DNA of 63,003 nucleotides, the filler included, from Folioceros fuciformis (Eukaryota): the NCBI GenBank assembly GCA_049999805.1. It is 14 parts of 14 records of this genome, joined end to end, with 100 filler letters (N's around TTAATTAATTAA, not from the genome) between each part and the next. Parts side by side here need not be neighbours in the genome. Positions count along the whole stretch, not along the records: positions 35,752 to 40,589 come from JBNGIO010004889.1; positions 40,690 to 41,814 come from JBNGIO010004890.1; positions 41,915 to 53,339 come from JBNGIO010004891.1; 11 more parts are not named here. One strand, written 5' to 3'. Within the stretch, counting starts at the first letter, position 1. Each line of letters opens with the position of its first letter. A program made the position numbers and the translations under genes. Positions 36,743 to 48,679 of this stretch are shown here, piece after piece. The notes beneath the pieces were generated by a model that saw nothing but the letters and a program-made list of their open reading frames with translations, searched no databases and was not told where the DNA came from.

Positions 36743-39700
36743 TCCGCTTATTGATTTACACATTTTGTCCATATTCCCTGCATAATCAGCATCCGTATAT
36801 CCCACAACATATGCATCTTCACTACCAAAACATGTGCACAAAGCTTTTGTACCATTAAAATAATTATAACTCCTTTTACTGGCTCCCAATGCTTCTTGAC
36901 AGGGTTTGACATAAACCTGCTAACCACTCCCACTACAAACGCAATGTCAGGACGTGTCGCAATCATTGCATACATCAAACTTCCTACATCTGATGAGTAT
37001 GGAACCTTCTCCATTTCAACTTTGTCCTCCGTAGAGCTTGGGCAATCCTTGCTTGAAAGTTTTACATATAAAGGCAGCGGAGTACTCAATACTTTCCCCT
37101 TCTCCATATTGAAACATTGAAGCACCCTGTTAATGTACTCAGTTTGAGAAAAGTAAAGCAAATGCTTATGTCTGTCTCGACGAATACGCATGCCAAGAAT
37201 ATGGCTTGCCTCTCCCAAGTCCGTCATGTCAAAGCAAGCATTCAACTTTGACTTCAACGCTGAAATCTCATATCTACTATTCCCAGCAATTAGCATATCA
37301 TCCACATAGAGGACCAAAATGAGCAAGCTTCCATCCTTAGCTTGCTTCGTATAGAGGCAATGATCCTCATCGCTACATTTGTAGCCTTGAGAAAGCAAAA
37401 ATGAGTGGAACTTGTAATACCACTCCCTGGGTGCCTGTTTCAAACCATAAAGGCTCTTCTTTAACCTGCACACTAGATTCTCTTTGCCCTTCTCAATCAA
37501 ACCCTTTGGTTGCTGCATGTATACCTCTTCTTAGAGATCACCATGCGGAAATGCCGACTTCACATCCATCTGGACAAGTTCCATGTCATTCCTTGCAACC
37601 AGAGCAAGAATGCATCGCAAAATGGTCATTTTGACAACTGGTGAGAAAATCTCATCAAAGTCAATACCTTGCGATTGCTTAAAACCCTTAGCAGTCAATC
37701 GTGCCTTGTACTTGGGTTTGCCATCATGGGGTATGACCATCTTATACACCCATTTGCATGGCAATGCCTTCTTACCCCTAGGCAACCGAACCAACTCCCG
37801 AGTTTGGTTCTTACGGAGCGAATCCATCTATGACTGCATTGCCTTCTCCCACTTGTCCTTGTCAGTCACTGACATTGCCTCTTTGTAAAAAGAGGGCTCC
37901 CCACAATCCGTCAGCATGACATAATCAAGAGATGCAACATACCTGTTAGGAGGACGTGAAATCCTTCCTGACCTACGAAGCACAGGCACCTTGATCGAAG
38001 CTTGTTGCACTCTCTCTTCTTCTACAAGTGGAGGAACAGGTTCCTGCACATCACGGCGTTCAACCTGCGTGTGACAGTTAAGTCCATCTTCTTGGAAGAC
38101 CACCCGTCGCACCTCCACAGTTCGAGTAGGCTTCTTGTGCATCTTGGTCTCATTGAAGAACACGTCATTGCTGCGAACAACCTTCTTGGCTTCTAGATCC
38201 CATAAATGGTATCCCATTTCATTAGAGTCACCATAGCCAAGAAAAATACATTTTCTGGACTTGGGTGCTAACTTGTCTCGAAACTCCTTTGGAACATGGT
38301 AGTATGCCTCGCAGCCAAAACACTCCTAGATGCTTGTAAGACGGCTTCTTTCCAGACCACAACTCCTTTGGAACCTGCTCATCCACAGCCTTATTAGGAG
38401 ATCTGTTAATAAGATGCACCGCAGTAAACACTGCTTTTGCCCAAAATCCATTAGGCAATCCAAAGTTTGACAACAAACTATGCATCCTCTCCTGGATGGT
38501 CCTATTCATTCGTTCAGCCACACCATTTTGGGGAGGAGTATACGGGGCAGTCAATTCTCTCTTGATTCCCTTGGAATCACAAAATGACTGGAAAGCCTTC
38601 GAAACGTACTCTCCACCATTGTCTGTCCTTAAACACTTTAGTCGGAGGCTAGACTGATTCCCCACAAGGGTGACGAATTTGTGAAACACTATCAGCACAT
38701 CATCCTTTTTCCTCAAAGGATAAACCCACCCTTACGTGAGAAATCATCTATGAAAGTGACAAAATAAGATGCACCGCCTAATGATACAATGGGCATAGGT
38801 CCACAAACGTCACTGTGAACCAATTCAAGAGGTTTACTTTTGTGTTTACCTCTTGCTCTATGTGGTGATTTCGTCTATTTCCCATACAAACAGTGCTCAC
38901 ACACGGAGAAATAGGAGAAGTCAAAAGCACGGACGTAACCAAAACGAGATACAATCTTCATTCCTTTTTGAGACATATGTCCTAACCGACAATGCAACAA
39001 GGAAACATTTGGCTGTTCCGTTACACAAATCACATGATCCTTGACACTGGTTACATGAAGTGAGTACAAGGTGCCACACTTCGATCCACAAGCTAACACA
39101 AGAGAACCTTTGGAGATCTTCCAAGAATGATCCCCAAACCAACCAACAGTGGTAGCCATCGTCATCCATCTGCCTTGTGCTAATCATGCTTTTTCTCAAC
39201 TTTGGAACATACCTAACATCCTTCAGTATGAATGAAGATCCGTTGTCAAACTTCAGCTGCACATCACCAACAATCTCGCATGCGCAGTTATTTCCAAGCC
39301 GAACACATCCTTTCCTAGTAGCATCATAGGTGCTAAACCACTCCCTATGCAGAGTAACATGGAAAGATGCTCTAGAGTCAATTATCCAATTAGAGAATAA
39401 GTGACTATCCATAGCTGTCAATTGTGCAGAATTGAAGGAAGTAGAGATAAAAACATCTCCATCATCAATAGAATTCACCTCGTCAAGCTTGATACTCGGA
39501 CTTGCCTTGTTGTCGTTCTGCTTCTTCTCGTTTCCTTTGTCCTTCTTGAACTTCTCGCAGTCCCTTCTGATGTTACCCTGTTTGTGACAATGATAACACT
39601 CAACATTGTTACGACTACGAGATTTGCTATGGGAAAAGCTTCGGTCCTTTTGCTTCCCCTTTGAAGTGGACCTTCCTCTCACCATGAGGGCATGGGAACC

Positions 39701-40033
39701 TTTCGAAGGTTCCATATTCTTCTTGTTCACCCCTTCTGTTAATAGGCTACCTTCTACATTTACAATGGTAAGACCACCAGCAGGAGCGGAATTACTCAGA
39801 GCTGTACGAAAGGTGTCCCAACTCTCTGGTAATGTGACCAACAGAAACATAGCTCTCACGGAATCTGGGAACGAGATACCTTGAGATGAGAGCTGGCTGG
39901 GAAGCCAGTTCTCATCTCAAGGTATCTCGTTCCAAGATTAGCTTAAGTTAATCTAAATAAATGATACTTAACTAGACACTAATCTTAGACTAAACACATT
40001 AGTCTAAGCACATTGGGCTTTAATAACCCTACA
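36743..40033 (-). mobile_element. Degenerate Tork-like copia; 5' LTR truncated and fused to mid-gag
   Basis: Gag CYHCHKQG, INT LRTDNGGEY / QNGVAERMN, RT YVDD. 39935-40033 is the reverse complement of the first ~100 bp of the LTR at 21921. Confidence 0.9.
39862..39939. repeat. Inverted repeat: 37-bp arms (2 mismatches), 4-nt loop
   Basis: AATCTGGGAACGAGATACCTTGAGATGAGAGCTGGCT-GGGA-AGCCAGTTCTCATCTCAAGGTATCTCGTTCCAAGATT. Confidence 0.93.
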
Positions 40034-40476
40034 GTATGTAAAAAAAGTTAACTCTTCTTGCAGATGAAAGCTGTAGAGGTTAAAGAGACAATACAACTGA
40101 CGGTAGACGGATAGTAGAAGACCTAGAAGACGGAGCGTTGGGTGGGAGGCGGAGTAGATAGTAGAAGGCTTATCGTGGGGGTTAGAGAGAAGAACAAAAG
40201 ACCATGAGCCAAAGCAAGAGCTTGAGCAGACATTGAAGTACCACTTACTTGAGCGTTGAGCGTTTTACAAAGCCCGAGAGACAAGTGTTCCAAGTTGAAG
40301 AAGAGGATAAGATGAAGGGTATTCTTCAGAAGCAGGTGGAGCAAAAAGAGCGTGTTGATCTTAGGCAAGACGAGATGAGGAAGGTCAGTCATGATGAGAA
40401 TGAGAAGCGTCAGCAGGAGGAGGGGAGGAAGAGTTCTAATCTACAGTAGGAGAAAGGGAGGAAGAGTTATGATCTG

Positions 40477-40589
40477 ATGCCTCACTTCCCCTCTTCTCCC
40501 CTCCCCTTCTCTCCCCCCTATGATGCCTCCCTTCCCCTCCCCTATGAGGCCTCCCCTTCCCTTCCCTCCCCCTACGATGCCTCCCTTCC
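40477..40589. repeat. Pyrimidine-rich degenerate tandem repeat (GATGCCTCCCTTCCCC...)
   Basis: About four imperfect copies running into the gap. Confidence 0.65.
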
Positions 40590-40689
40590 NNNNNNNNNNN
40601 NNNNNNNNNNNNNNNNNNNNNNNNNNNNNNNNNTTAATTAATTAANNNNNNNNNNNNNNNNNNNNNNNNNNNNNNNNNNNNNNNNNNNN

Positions 40690-41814
40690 GCGTGGGAATT
40701 CATATACAAAGGGACAGGACTACAAGGACTCTCACATTGAGCCAGGAGAGATACCTTAGGAAGTGTTTGGCGCAGTTTAACATGACTGACTGCAAGCCCT
40801 GTAGTACCCCGATGGTTGCAGGTCAGAGGCTGACAAAAGCTATGTGTCCAGTCACCGATGCTGAGAAGGAAGCCATGAGAGGAGTACCCTACAGAGCAAT
40901 CGTGGGAAATATCTTATATTGTGGAAATACTACTAGACCTGAAACGTTAGTAGCATCAGGAAACTGTTCCCAGTTTTTGGAAAATCTCGGCAATTTACAC
41001 TGGGTGGCAGCAAAACGTGTCCTACGATACTTTGTTGGAACATTGACAGTTGGGATCACGTATGTAGGAGAGGTTGGAGGCATACTTACAATGCAGATTT
41101 TTTGTGACTCAGATTATGCTGCTGATGTAGATACCAGAAGATCACTTACTACTTTTGTGGCCACTCTTGCTGGAGGACCTGTGGATTGGCAGTCACGTAA
41201 ACAACCCACTGTGGCACTCTCAACAACTGAAGCTGAGTACAAGGTGTTGACAGAGGGCGCCAAGGCTGCCATGTGGTCCAGGAGATTGTTAGCTGAGCTT
41301 CGGCATGAACAAAGGGAACCTACCATGTTGTACTGTGACAACCAAGGAGCGGTTGCTCTTGCACGAAACCCTGTGTTTCATGCAAGTACGAGGCACATTG
41401 GTGTACAATACCATTTTATTAGGAAAGCTATCGATGCTGGAGATGTAGTGGTTTCCTACATAGCAACTGCTGACAATCCAGCTGACGTCCTGACAAAGCC
41501 ACTAGCACGTAAGCTCCACAACAAGCATATGAAGTTTCTGTCACTTCTACCTACTATACCAGCCAAAATAGGCCCTTCAGTCCACTTGACTATTAGCCAA
41601 AATCTGAAGATGGGCTGTGAGAGCTTAGCTGGGGCAGAAGGCTGTCACGGCCTCAACATTCATGGGGCCATCACACTGTGGGAGCCTGTCGGCATCGAAG
41701 ATTCAGAAGCTGCAGTGGTGCAGCGCTGGCAGCAATTCGAAGACTCAAGCTACTGTGGCAATACAGCGACGAAGAATTTTCAACGGGCGCTACTCTAATG
41801 TGCTGTGTGGGAGA
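40690..41814 (+). mobile_element. Copia RT C-terminus and RNase H fragment
   Basis: VPYRAIVG, FCDSDYAAD, STTEAEY, CDNQGA, ADVLTKPL in ORF 40692-41798. Confidence 0.92.
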
Positions 41815-41914
41815 NNNNNNNNNNNNNNNNNNNNNNNNNNNNNNNNNNNNNNNNNNNNTTAATTAATTAANNNNNNNNNNNNNNNNNNNNNNNNNNNNNN
41901 NNNNNNNNNNNNNN

Positions 41915-44900
41915 TGATGTGTATTGTTTTCATGGTTGTGATCACCAATACCACCCTCTCTCCTCTCCTACACTTGCACGTAGATTGGAGTCGATCCTAT
42001 TGACAGAAAGGAGGAAGGACCTCTTGTCCCGAAGATCGATGTGGTCCTGTGGCCAAACATGGAGCACTGGAGGGTCAGAGCCGGAGGGCTAGCCAAAGAG
42101 CTAGGCCTCGGGTTCATGACCCAGAGGTGGAATCACGCAGCGCCGCAATTGGTCAGGGAGTGTGCCTTGAGGTTGAGGGAGCCAGTCCGTGAAGAAGGGA
42201 TCAGAGGCAGACCCCAGGACTGGAACCTGGAGCTGGTAAGGCGGGTGTATGGCCGCGACCAGGAGGAGGAGGGAGGACTCGTGCTGGAGTCGTTGAAGAA
42301 GCGCAACAGCTCAATAGCCGCCGAGGCACTGTTCAAGCCGGGCACCAGACAAGAAGCCAACGGATGGCTGATCTGTGGCATGGCCAATCCCCAACTGATA
42401 GGTCTAGCTAGGTGGTTTATGAGCTTCCTGCAGATTCGCAAGCAGGACTAGTTGTCGGACCAAATGCTCCTGTTCGTGCATGAGATCGTCAAGGGGAGTA
42501 AGGTAGAGTGGGGAAAATTTCTGTATGCCAGGATGGACAAGGAGAGGCAGAATTTGACCCTACCTTCTCCTCGACCTTCGATGATCTCCCCATTCCTAGT
42601 ACACATTTATTGCTACGCTAACCTTCTGCCTGAACTTGAGGTAGTGGCCTCGCTGCACATGTGGAGGCCGTTGAGGGACATGAAGTGGAAACCCGTCGAG
42701 CCAGAGGAAGCCGACTCCAGCAGCTGGGAGTTGGGAGGCGAGGATAGCTCAAGAGAGGAGACTCCCACCAAGCAGAAGAGGACGGCGGGGGCACGGAAGA
42801 CGACTCCTGCCAAAAGGAGACGAGTTAGCGGGCAGGTCACAAGGAAGGGCAGCGGGTCAGTGCCATAGGAGGCAGCCCCGGAATAGGCTGAATAGGAACC
42901 AGAGGTTGTCCAGGAGCCAGCAGAGCAAGGACAGGTCGAGGAAGAGCCAGAGGCACCTCAGGAACAGGTGCCAGAAATGGAGCCGGCCTTGCCTGAGGTC
43001 ATGGCCGAATTATGGCACGTTCTAGAACAAGAAGCCTTCCCAGGATGGGAAGAAGTTTTTAGGGGAATCCCTCTGGTGGATAGACTATAGGCAGGAGACC
43101 TGGAGAGGCTATGAGCGTTGTTGGGGAGGCAGATCACTAAAAGGGGAATGGCCCCTGTAGAGTCGCAGGAGGTGGACTTGCCTGGACTGACCACAACAAT
43201 GGTGCAGGCCCAAGCGGATTTGCTGGACCAGGCGGCCAGGGCGCTGACTTGGCTGAGCATGCAGGCGAAGAGGGAGGCTGAGGCCCGGAGCAAGGAGGCA
43301 GAAGCAAGAGGGAAGGAGGCCGAAGCCTGGAGGTAGCTGGCGGAGTCCAAGACGGCACGACGACTCCTCGAAGAGAGGCAGCGAGTCCTAAGTGAGGGCA
43401 AGGCACAAGTGGAGGAAGAAGCATGCAGGCAAGGGCAGAGATACAGGCGCTGAAGGAACAGCATGGGACACTCCTTGCTCAAGTGAGGGATGCCCATGAA
43501 ACTAATTTGGAAATGCAATAGGAGATGGCTAGGGCTCAAGAGCAAGAAATGGCTGCAGTGAAACAAGTCCAGAAGCTAGCCGACAGGTACAAGCGGGAGC
43601 AAGATGAGGCCAGAGAGCGAGTGAAGGGGAAGGGCAAGGCCGGGCGAGGTAGTCAAACGACAACGCCGATAGCCGAAGGGGCTACCGGTAGTCGAGCGAC
43701 GATGGAGGTAGCCGAGGAAACTACCGGTAGAGGAGAGACAACGCCGGTAGTGAAAGCCCCAACCCCGGCAGCCAAAGAGGTGCTGGCGGAGGCGCCTGTG
43801 CCTATACGCTCCAGAAGAGCAACTCGCGCCAGGAGGACTGAGCAGGGGGAAGCAGCAGCTGAGGGGATGGAGGATCCTCCGGCACCCTAGGAGAGCAGAG
43901 GGCAGGCAGCTGAGGTAGCCCAAGGGAGGAAGGGGTAAGCACCTCCTTTGCGACAGAGGGTCAGGTTGTGCTGCAGTATGAGGAGGAGGCCACTTATATG
44001 CCGGGCCTCTACGTGGAAGGAGCCCGAGTTCTGAAGTTGTTTTTATACGTACGTGTGGGCACAAGAGGGACGTGGGGCTACGGGCTGCAACTGAGGACCC
44101 GCAGGGGGCTCTACTACTACCGCTGGCGGGTGTGGGGACTGCCTCACTGCTATTCTGAGGCAGTCCTTGAGGAATTGACAGAGGAGGAGGCGCAGTAGTG
44201 GGTTGAGCGGGAGCCTGTCCTCATCCTCAGCAATCGGCGACGGAGGGAGGAGAGGAGTCCCTTGCGACGGGACCCACCTGCGCCACCGCCAGCGAGGTCC
44301 AGCAGCAGCGAGGTGGAGGTCCTCTGCATGGACTTGCCCAACCAACAGCAGGGTAGAAGGGCTAGTGAGGGGAGGAGCGCGACGGCCAGGAGGAAGGCAA
44401 CAGTGGCGAGGAGAGAGGTGATAGAGAATGCATCCTAGGATAGTTTTTTTTAGGTTGCTTTTCTTGGACCTAAGTCGCTCACAATTAAGAGCGCTGACTA
44501 ACCCTCCTCACAGACTTTATGGTGGAAAGAACCCGCCACTATTGTGTATAAGAGGCCGATTTGGGGCCTCAAGAAATCAGCAAAAATCAGCCCGACATTC
44601 CAACCTTGCGGAAGCCTAGAGATGGCCGTTGCTGGATAGGGAAGTCTAGGCAAGCGAGCGCACATAGTGTTCTGAGGGTGTGGTGTGCAGGTGATGGTTG
44701 CTTCGTGACTGAGGTTTCGGGGACAAATCGGGAGGAGGAGCCTCGCAGAGTGGGAGTTGTGCTCCCCAGCTGCCCCCGTAACTGTCGCGTAGAGTGGTGA
44801 GAGTATTGGAGGCTGAATCCACAAGTCCAGAGTGGAAGGGGGTGACTCTTCCCTTAGCCTCTGGTGTCGCGTCGCGAGAGTGTGTGCACGGCTGATAGGG

Positions 44901-45657
44901 GAGTGTCTAGAGTGCTGACGAATATGGGTAGCGGGGTGGCTGTGCACGGGCAGGTATGCCTGAGAATCGACGGCGAATCCGGGCGAATGTGTGGCAAGAG
45001 TGTAGTAGGGTCGGGTGTGAGCGAGTTGTGAATGACCAGATCTGAGATGGCTGACTGAAGTGTGAAGAAGGAAGAGTGCCTTGATCGGGGCTGAAAGGAA
45101 GCGCAAAGTTGGTGAGCAAGGCCTGAACGTACGCGGGCTGTGAGAGGTGCAGGGAGCGATGTGTGGGGGTGTGTGGGTGTGGTTGTTTGGGGTGACCCTT
45201 GGCAGTAGTGAAAACACTGTGAGACCTCGAGTGAATCCTACGACTAAGAGGTAAGTGACCAGGGTAGGGAGAGAAGAGAGGAGCGAGGAGAGAGAAAAAG
45301 AGGAGGGAGAGAGTGGGCCCCATTGGGGTAGCCGAAACCGCGACCGTCGTAAAGAGACAATGGTGGTAGTCGAGAGTGGAGGTAGTCAAAGGGTCATCAG
45401 GGTAACCAAGAGACGGTAGTCGAAGAGACCCCCCCCCGGTAGTCGAGTAGGTCTGTTAGGTAGCCCAAGGTCGAGGTAGCTGAGTCGCGACGGAGGTAGA
45501 GGTAGTTGAACGGAGGTAGACGAGTGGCAGGTAAGGAAAGATTGACCTTGGGTAGTAACTGACTTTGTGAGAAAACCTGTGTTCTTTGACACAAATCATT
45601 CCCTTGGGATCGAATCCCAGTGCTATAACGACAAAGAGGGTTTGTGTGGACCTCACA
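41915..45657 (+). mobile_element. 3' part of a gypsy (Athila-like) element: degenerate extra ORF(s) and LTR ending ...GGACCTCACA
   Basis: Long stop-interrupted frame 41984-43890 with coiled-coil character; LTR tail CCCTTGGGATCGAATCCC...CCTCACA also present at 61070-61150. LTR start not located. Confidence 0.65.
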
Positions 45658-46303
45658 GCACTCTAGGTGCAATATTTTCCTCCACAAAGACCAAGCTCAT
45701 TTTTCCTTGTGTGGACGGCCTTGGTACAAGACTTCAAAAATGTGTGTATAACATCCAATAAGACCAGATTTGTGAGTCTCCAGCACTGTCTTAGCAAGAG
45801 TCGATGTAGGCAAACAACCCTTTAGAGTGTGAGAGTGGGCGTAAATTGAGATTGCACCTTGTAATTACACCCGCCATGAGCTCCACACATGTGTGCTTCT
45901 TGTCTCCTACCGCCACTATGCGTGCTGACACGTGCCCATAATCTTTTCTCGGTTTTCTTAAGTTCGTGATGAGCCTTTGTTTTTTGACCTATCTTGACCT
46001 TACTTACTTCTCTTTTTGAGGTTGTGGAATTCAAGCATCCCTCCTTGACAAGCATGATAGCAATTAAACTTGGTTCTTTGAAAGGAACAAAGATCAATTT
46101 GATAAAAATGTGAATCATTATTAATAAAAATAGATGGGGGAAATCTCATTTTTATAATATTATTAAAAAAATCAAATCAAAATGGCTTGAAACTATTGCA
46201 TAAAAGAGCGAGACTTCCTAACATCTAAGGCTATATATGTAGACAAGTAGTAGCTCAATTCCTGTGAGATATTATTGCTTGCATCTAGAATTTTGTGAGA
46301 TTC

Positions 46304-47398
46304 ATGATGGCACGAAATGTGATTATCATGCTCATGTTCTTTGCGATCATAGCTAGTCCAACATGTGTGATGTCCAAAGAGTCGGTGACAGAAGATGTCC
46401 CACTTGGAAATGCTTTGAAGAATGTGTCTTCCGAAGGTGTAGATTTGGCCAGCATATTTGAGGATTGGATAGCAGAGCATGGACGAGTTTACGAAGGACT
46501 CGAAGAGAAGTTACTCCGCTTCGAAAATTTCAGGAACACCTACAATTACATCAAGAAGCGCAACAAGGAGGTTACCTTCACTTTGGGTTTGAACCAATTT
46601 TCTGACTTGACAAATGAAGAATTCAAGAGCAAATATTTTGCTACAAAACTTCCGAGTTTCAACAGCAGCCATGATGCTCGTAGGTCATACGGGCATAATG
46701 CTAAAGAGCTAGAAGATCTCCCAATCTTCTTTGATTGGAGGGCTCGACCTTTGCAGCCCATCGTCATAGCAGATGCCAAGGATCAAGGTCAATGTGGCGA
46801 TTGTTGGGCATTTGTTGCAACAGGACTCGCAGAAACTCAACATGCCATAGATACCGGTGTTCTAGTTTCTCTTTCAGAGCAAGACCTTATGGATTGCAAC
46901 GAATATGGAGCTACTTGTGCTAGTGGTTTAGCCATAGAGCAAGCTGTTATGCACATGGTTCACTATGGCAATGTTCTTGAAACAGATTATCCATATACTG
47001 GAGTGCAAGGACCATGTCAAAGGGTTGGGCGCACTTCTGTTGTGCCTATTAGCAACTACGCCTTTCTACCAACACTCGACAGAAATGCATTAGCTCTTGA
47101 AGTATTCCGGCATCCAGTCGGAGTTGCGATAGTAGGGAGTGCTCCAGATTTCCAAAGTTATAAACGTGGTATTTTCTATATGGACAATTGTGATGCAAAG
47201 TTAAATCATGCCTTGTTAGCCATTGGATGGGGAACAGGATTGATAGAGTCTGAAAAAGGCATTAGATACTGGATTTTGCGCAATTCATGGGGTCCAACTT
47301 GGGGTGACGGCGGCTTCATCCGCATAGCACGAGATGTGAGTGCACCAGAAGGTGTGTGTCATATGTACAAGAACATGGGATATTTATATACCGCTTAA
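46304..47398 (+). CDS. Papain-like cysteine protease (C1A) with signal peptide and I29 prodomain; single exon
   Basis: ERFNIN-like EKLLRFENFRNTYNYI, GLNQFSDLT, DWR, QGQCGDCWAF (catalytic Cys), LSEQDLMDC, LNHAL (His), RNSWG (Asn). ATG at 46304 or 46307; TATA-like CTATATATG near 46231. Confidence 0.95.
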   Translation: MMARNVIIMLMFFAIIASPTCVMSKESVTEDVPLGNALKNVSSEGVDLASIFEDWIAEHGRVYEGLEEKLLRFENFRNTYNYIKKRNKEVTFTLGLNQFSDLTNEEFKSKYFATKLPSFNSSHDARRSYGHNAKELEDLPIFFDWRARPLQPIVIADAKDQGQCGDCWAFVATGLAETQHAIDTGVLVSLSEQDLMDCNEYGATCASGLAIEQAVMHMVHYGNVLETDYPYTGVQGPCQRVGRTSVVPISNYAFLPTLDRNALALEVFRHPVGVAIVGSAPDFQSYKRGIFYMDNCDAKLNHALLAIGWGTGLIESEKGIRYWILRNSWGPTWGDGGFIRIARDVSAPEGVCHMYKNMGYLYTA

Positions 47399-47778
47399 AA
47401 CATTGAAATTTGAATTTGAAGCAAATAGATAATTGATTGTTAAGTGGAATTTGTTTTACAACTGAATTATATTTTTGTAATTCCATGATAATAATCATAT
47501 CAATTTTATTCAATCCTTTTTATTTTTATTTTCTTTGATTGTTCAGTTCTTAATCGCTTAGTATATCTTTAGGAGATATGGGTAGAGTGTGGAACTCAAA
47601 ACCCCGAGATTCTTTATATAGTGACCACACCCACTGTGAGGAAAAAACACAAAAAAACTTGCATGATCCTATTGTCAAAGCTCCTCAAGCTTGTTAGAAA
47701 TGTTAAAGAGGGGAGTACCATCCACAGAAGGTACCTTGGATGACGTGCGAAACACGAGGAAAGAATTCCGAAAGCCAC

Positions 47779-48679
47779 TTATGGGTCCCCTAAATTAGCA
47801 AGGTCATTGCATGGGCTAGGTCCTCTTGAAGGGCCGCATCCACAAAGCCTTGGGCAAAGGCTAGAGGCTCCATTGGGACCCCTAGAACTCGACAGCCTTG
47901 TGAGGAAGCGATTTCGCCCCCCAAGAAGACCAGAGGAGACAATCCAATAGACGTGGACCAAACCCTGCACTTGGAAAACTTCACCTCTAGACCAATATGA
48001 GCTAACTCAACAAAAAAAACCTCGAAAGTCTTGCTTGCACGATCACATGGCCCCAAAATGTGAGTATTGTCCACCATAAAGGGATATAAGCAATCAGAAT
48101 TTGACAAGGTAGTAATAAAAAGAGCCCTAAAGTGAGCCATCACAAAGAGGGCCTCCCCCTAGGGATCACCTTACCTTGTGCCTTCCTTTAAATCAAGCAC
48201 TGAAACCTCCTCGACTGCCAACCCATATTGATAGTCGAAAAGGGAAAGCATATGTAGAATGAATGGACAAAAAATAAAGCTCGCCACCTTCCCCCCAGTG
48301 CTCAAAAGCTCATCAAAGATAGCTGCCCGGGATATGGTGTTGAAGGCATTTTCTACATCCACTTGCAAAATGACCCAGTCTGGGTGAGACTCAAGAATTG
48401 CCTAAACCCCAAATGCAACCGATTTACAACCTCTTGGAGTTGAAATCTCAAATTGATGAGGACTAAGATAAGATTGGAAACGATCTCAGAGCTGAATAAC
48501 AATACTTTGACTAGCCATAAGAAAGCCTCTCCCATAGCAATCAGAGACATCTCAAGAGTGGCCTTCTCTATGGCTAGCAACCTACTTGCCCCAAAACTTG
48601 TGAAACTTGAGAGGGAACTTCCCCCCTCGCAACCACTGACGCCAAAAGAAAAAGCTTAGAAAAGCTAGTAGAGGGATCC
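47779..48679 (-). mobile_element. Non-LTR retrotransposon RT relic, CRE-like
   Basis: GASRLLAIEK, IAMGEAFLWLV, HPDWVILQVDVENAFNTISR, GTR*GDP*GEALF, VDNTHILGP, GCRVLGVP, with stops and frameshifts. Confidence 0.7.

Noticed and set aside
43935-43976. GTAAGC...TGCAG as an intron linking the two extra ORFs
   Set aside because: Only about 42 nt, shorter than typical plant introns; no support without RNA data.
44498-45389. Minus-strand ORFs of 239 and 160 aa
   Set aside because: They mirror the G/T- and purine-rich LTR-region strand bias and have low-complexity translations.
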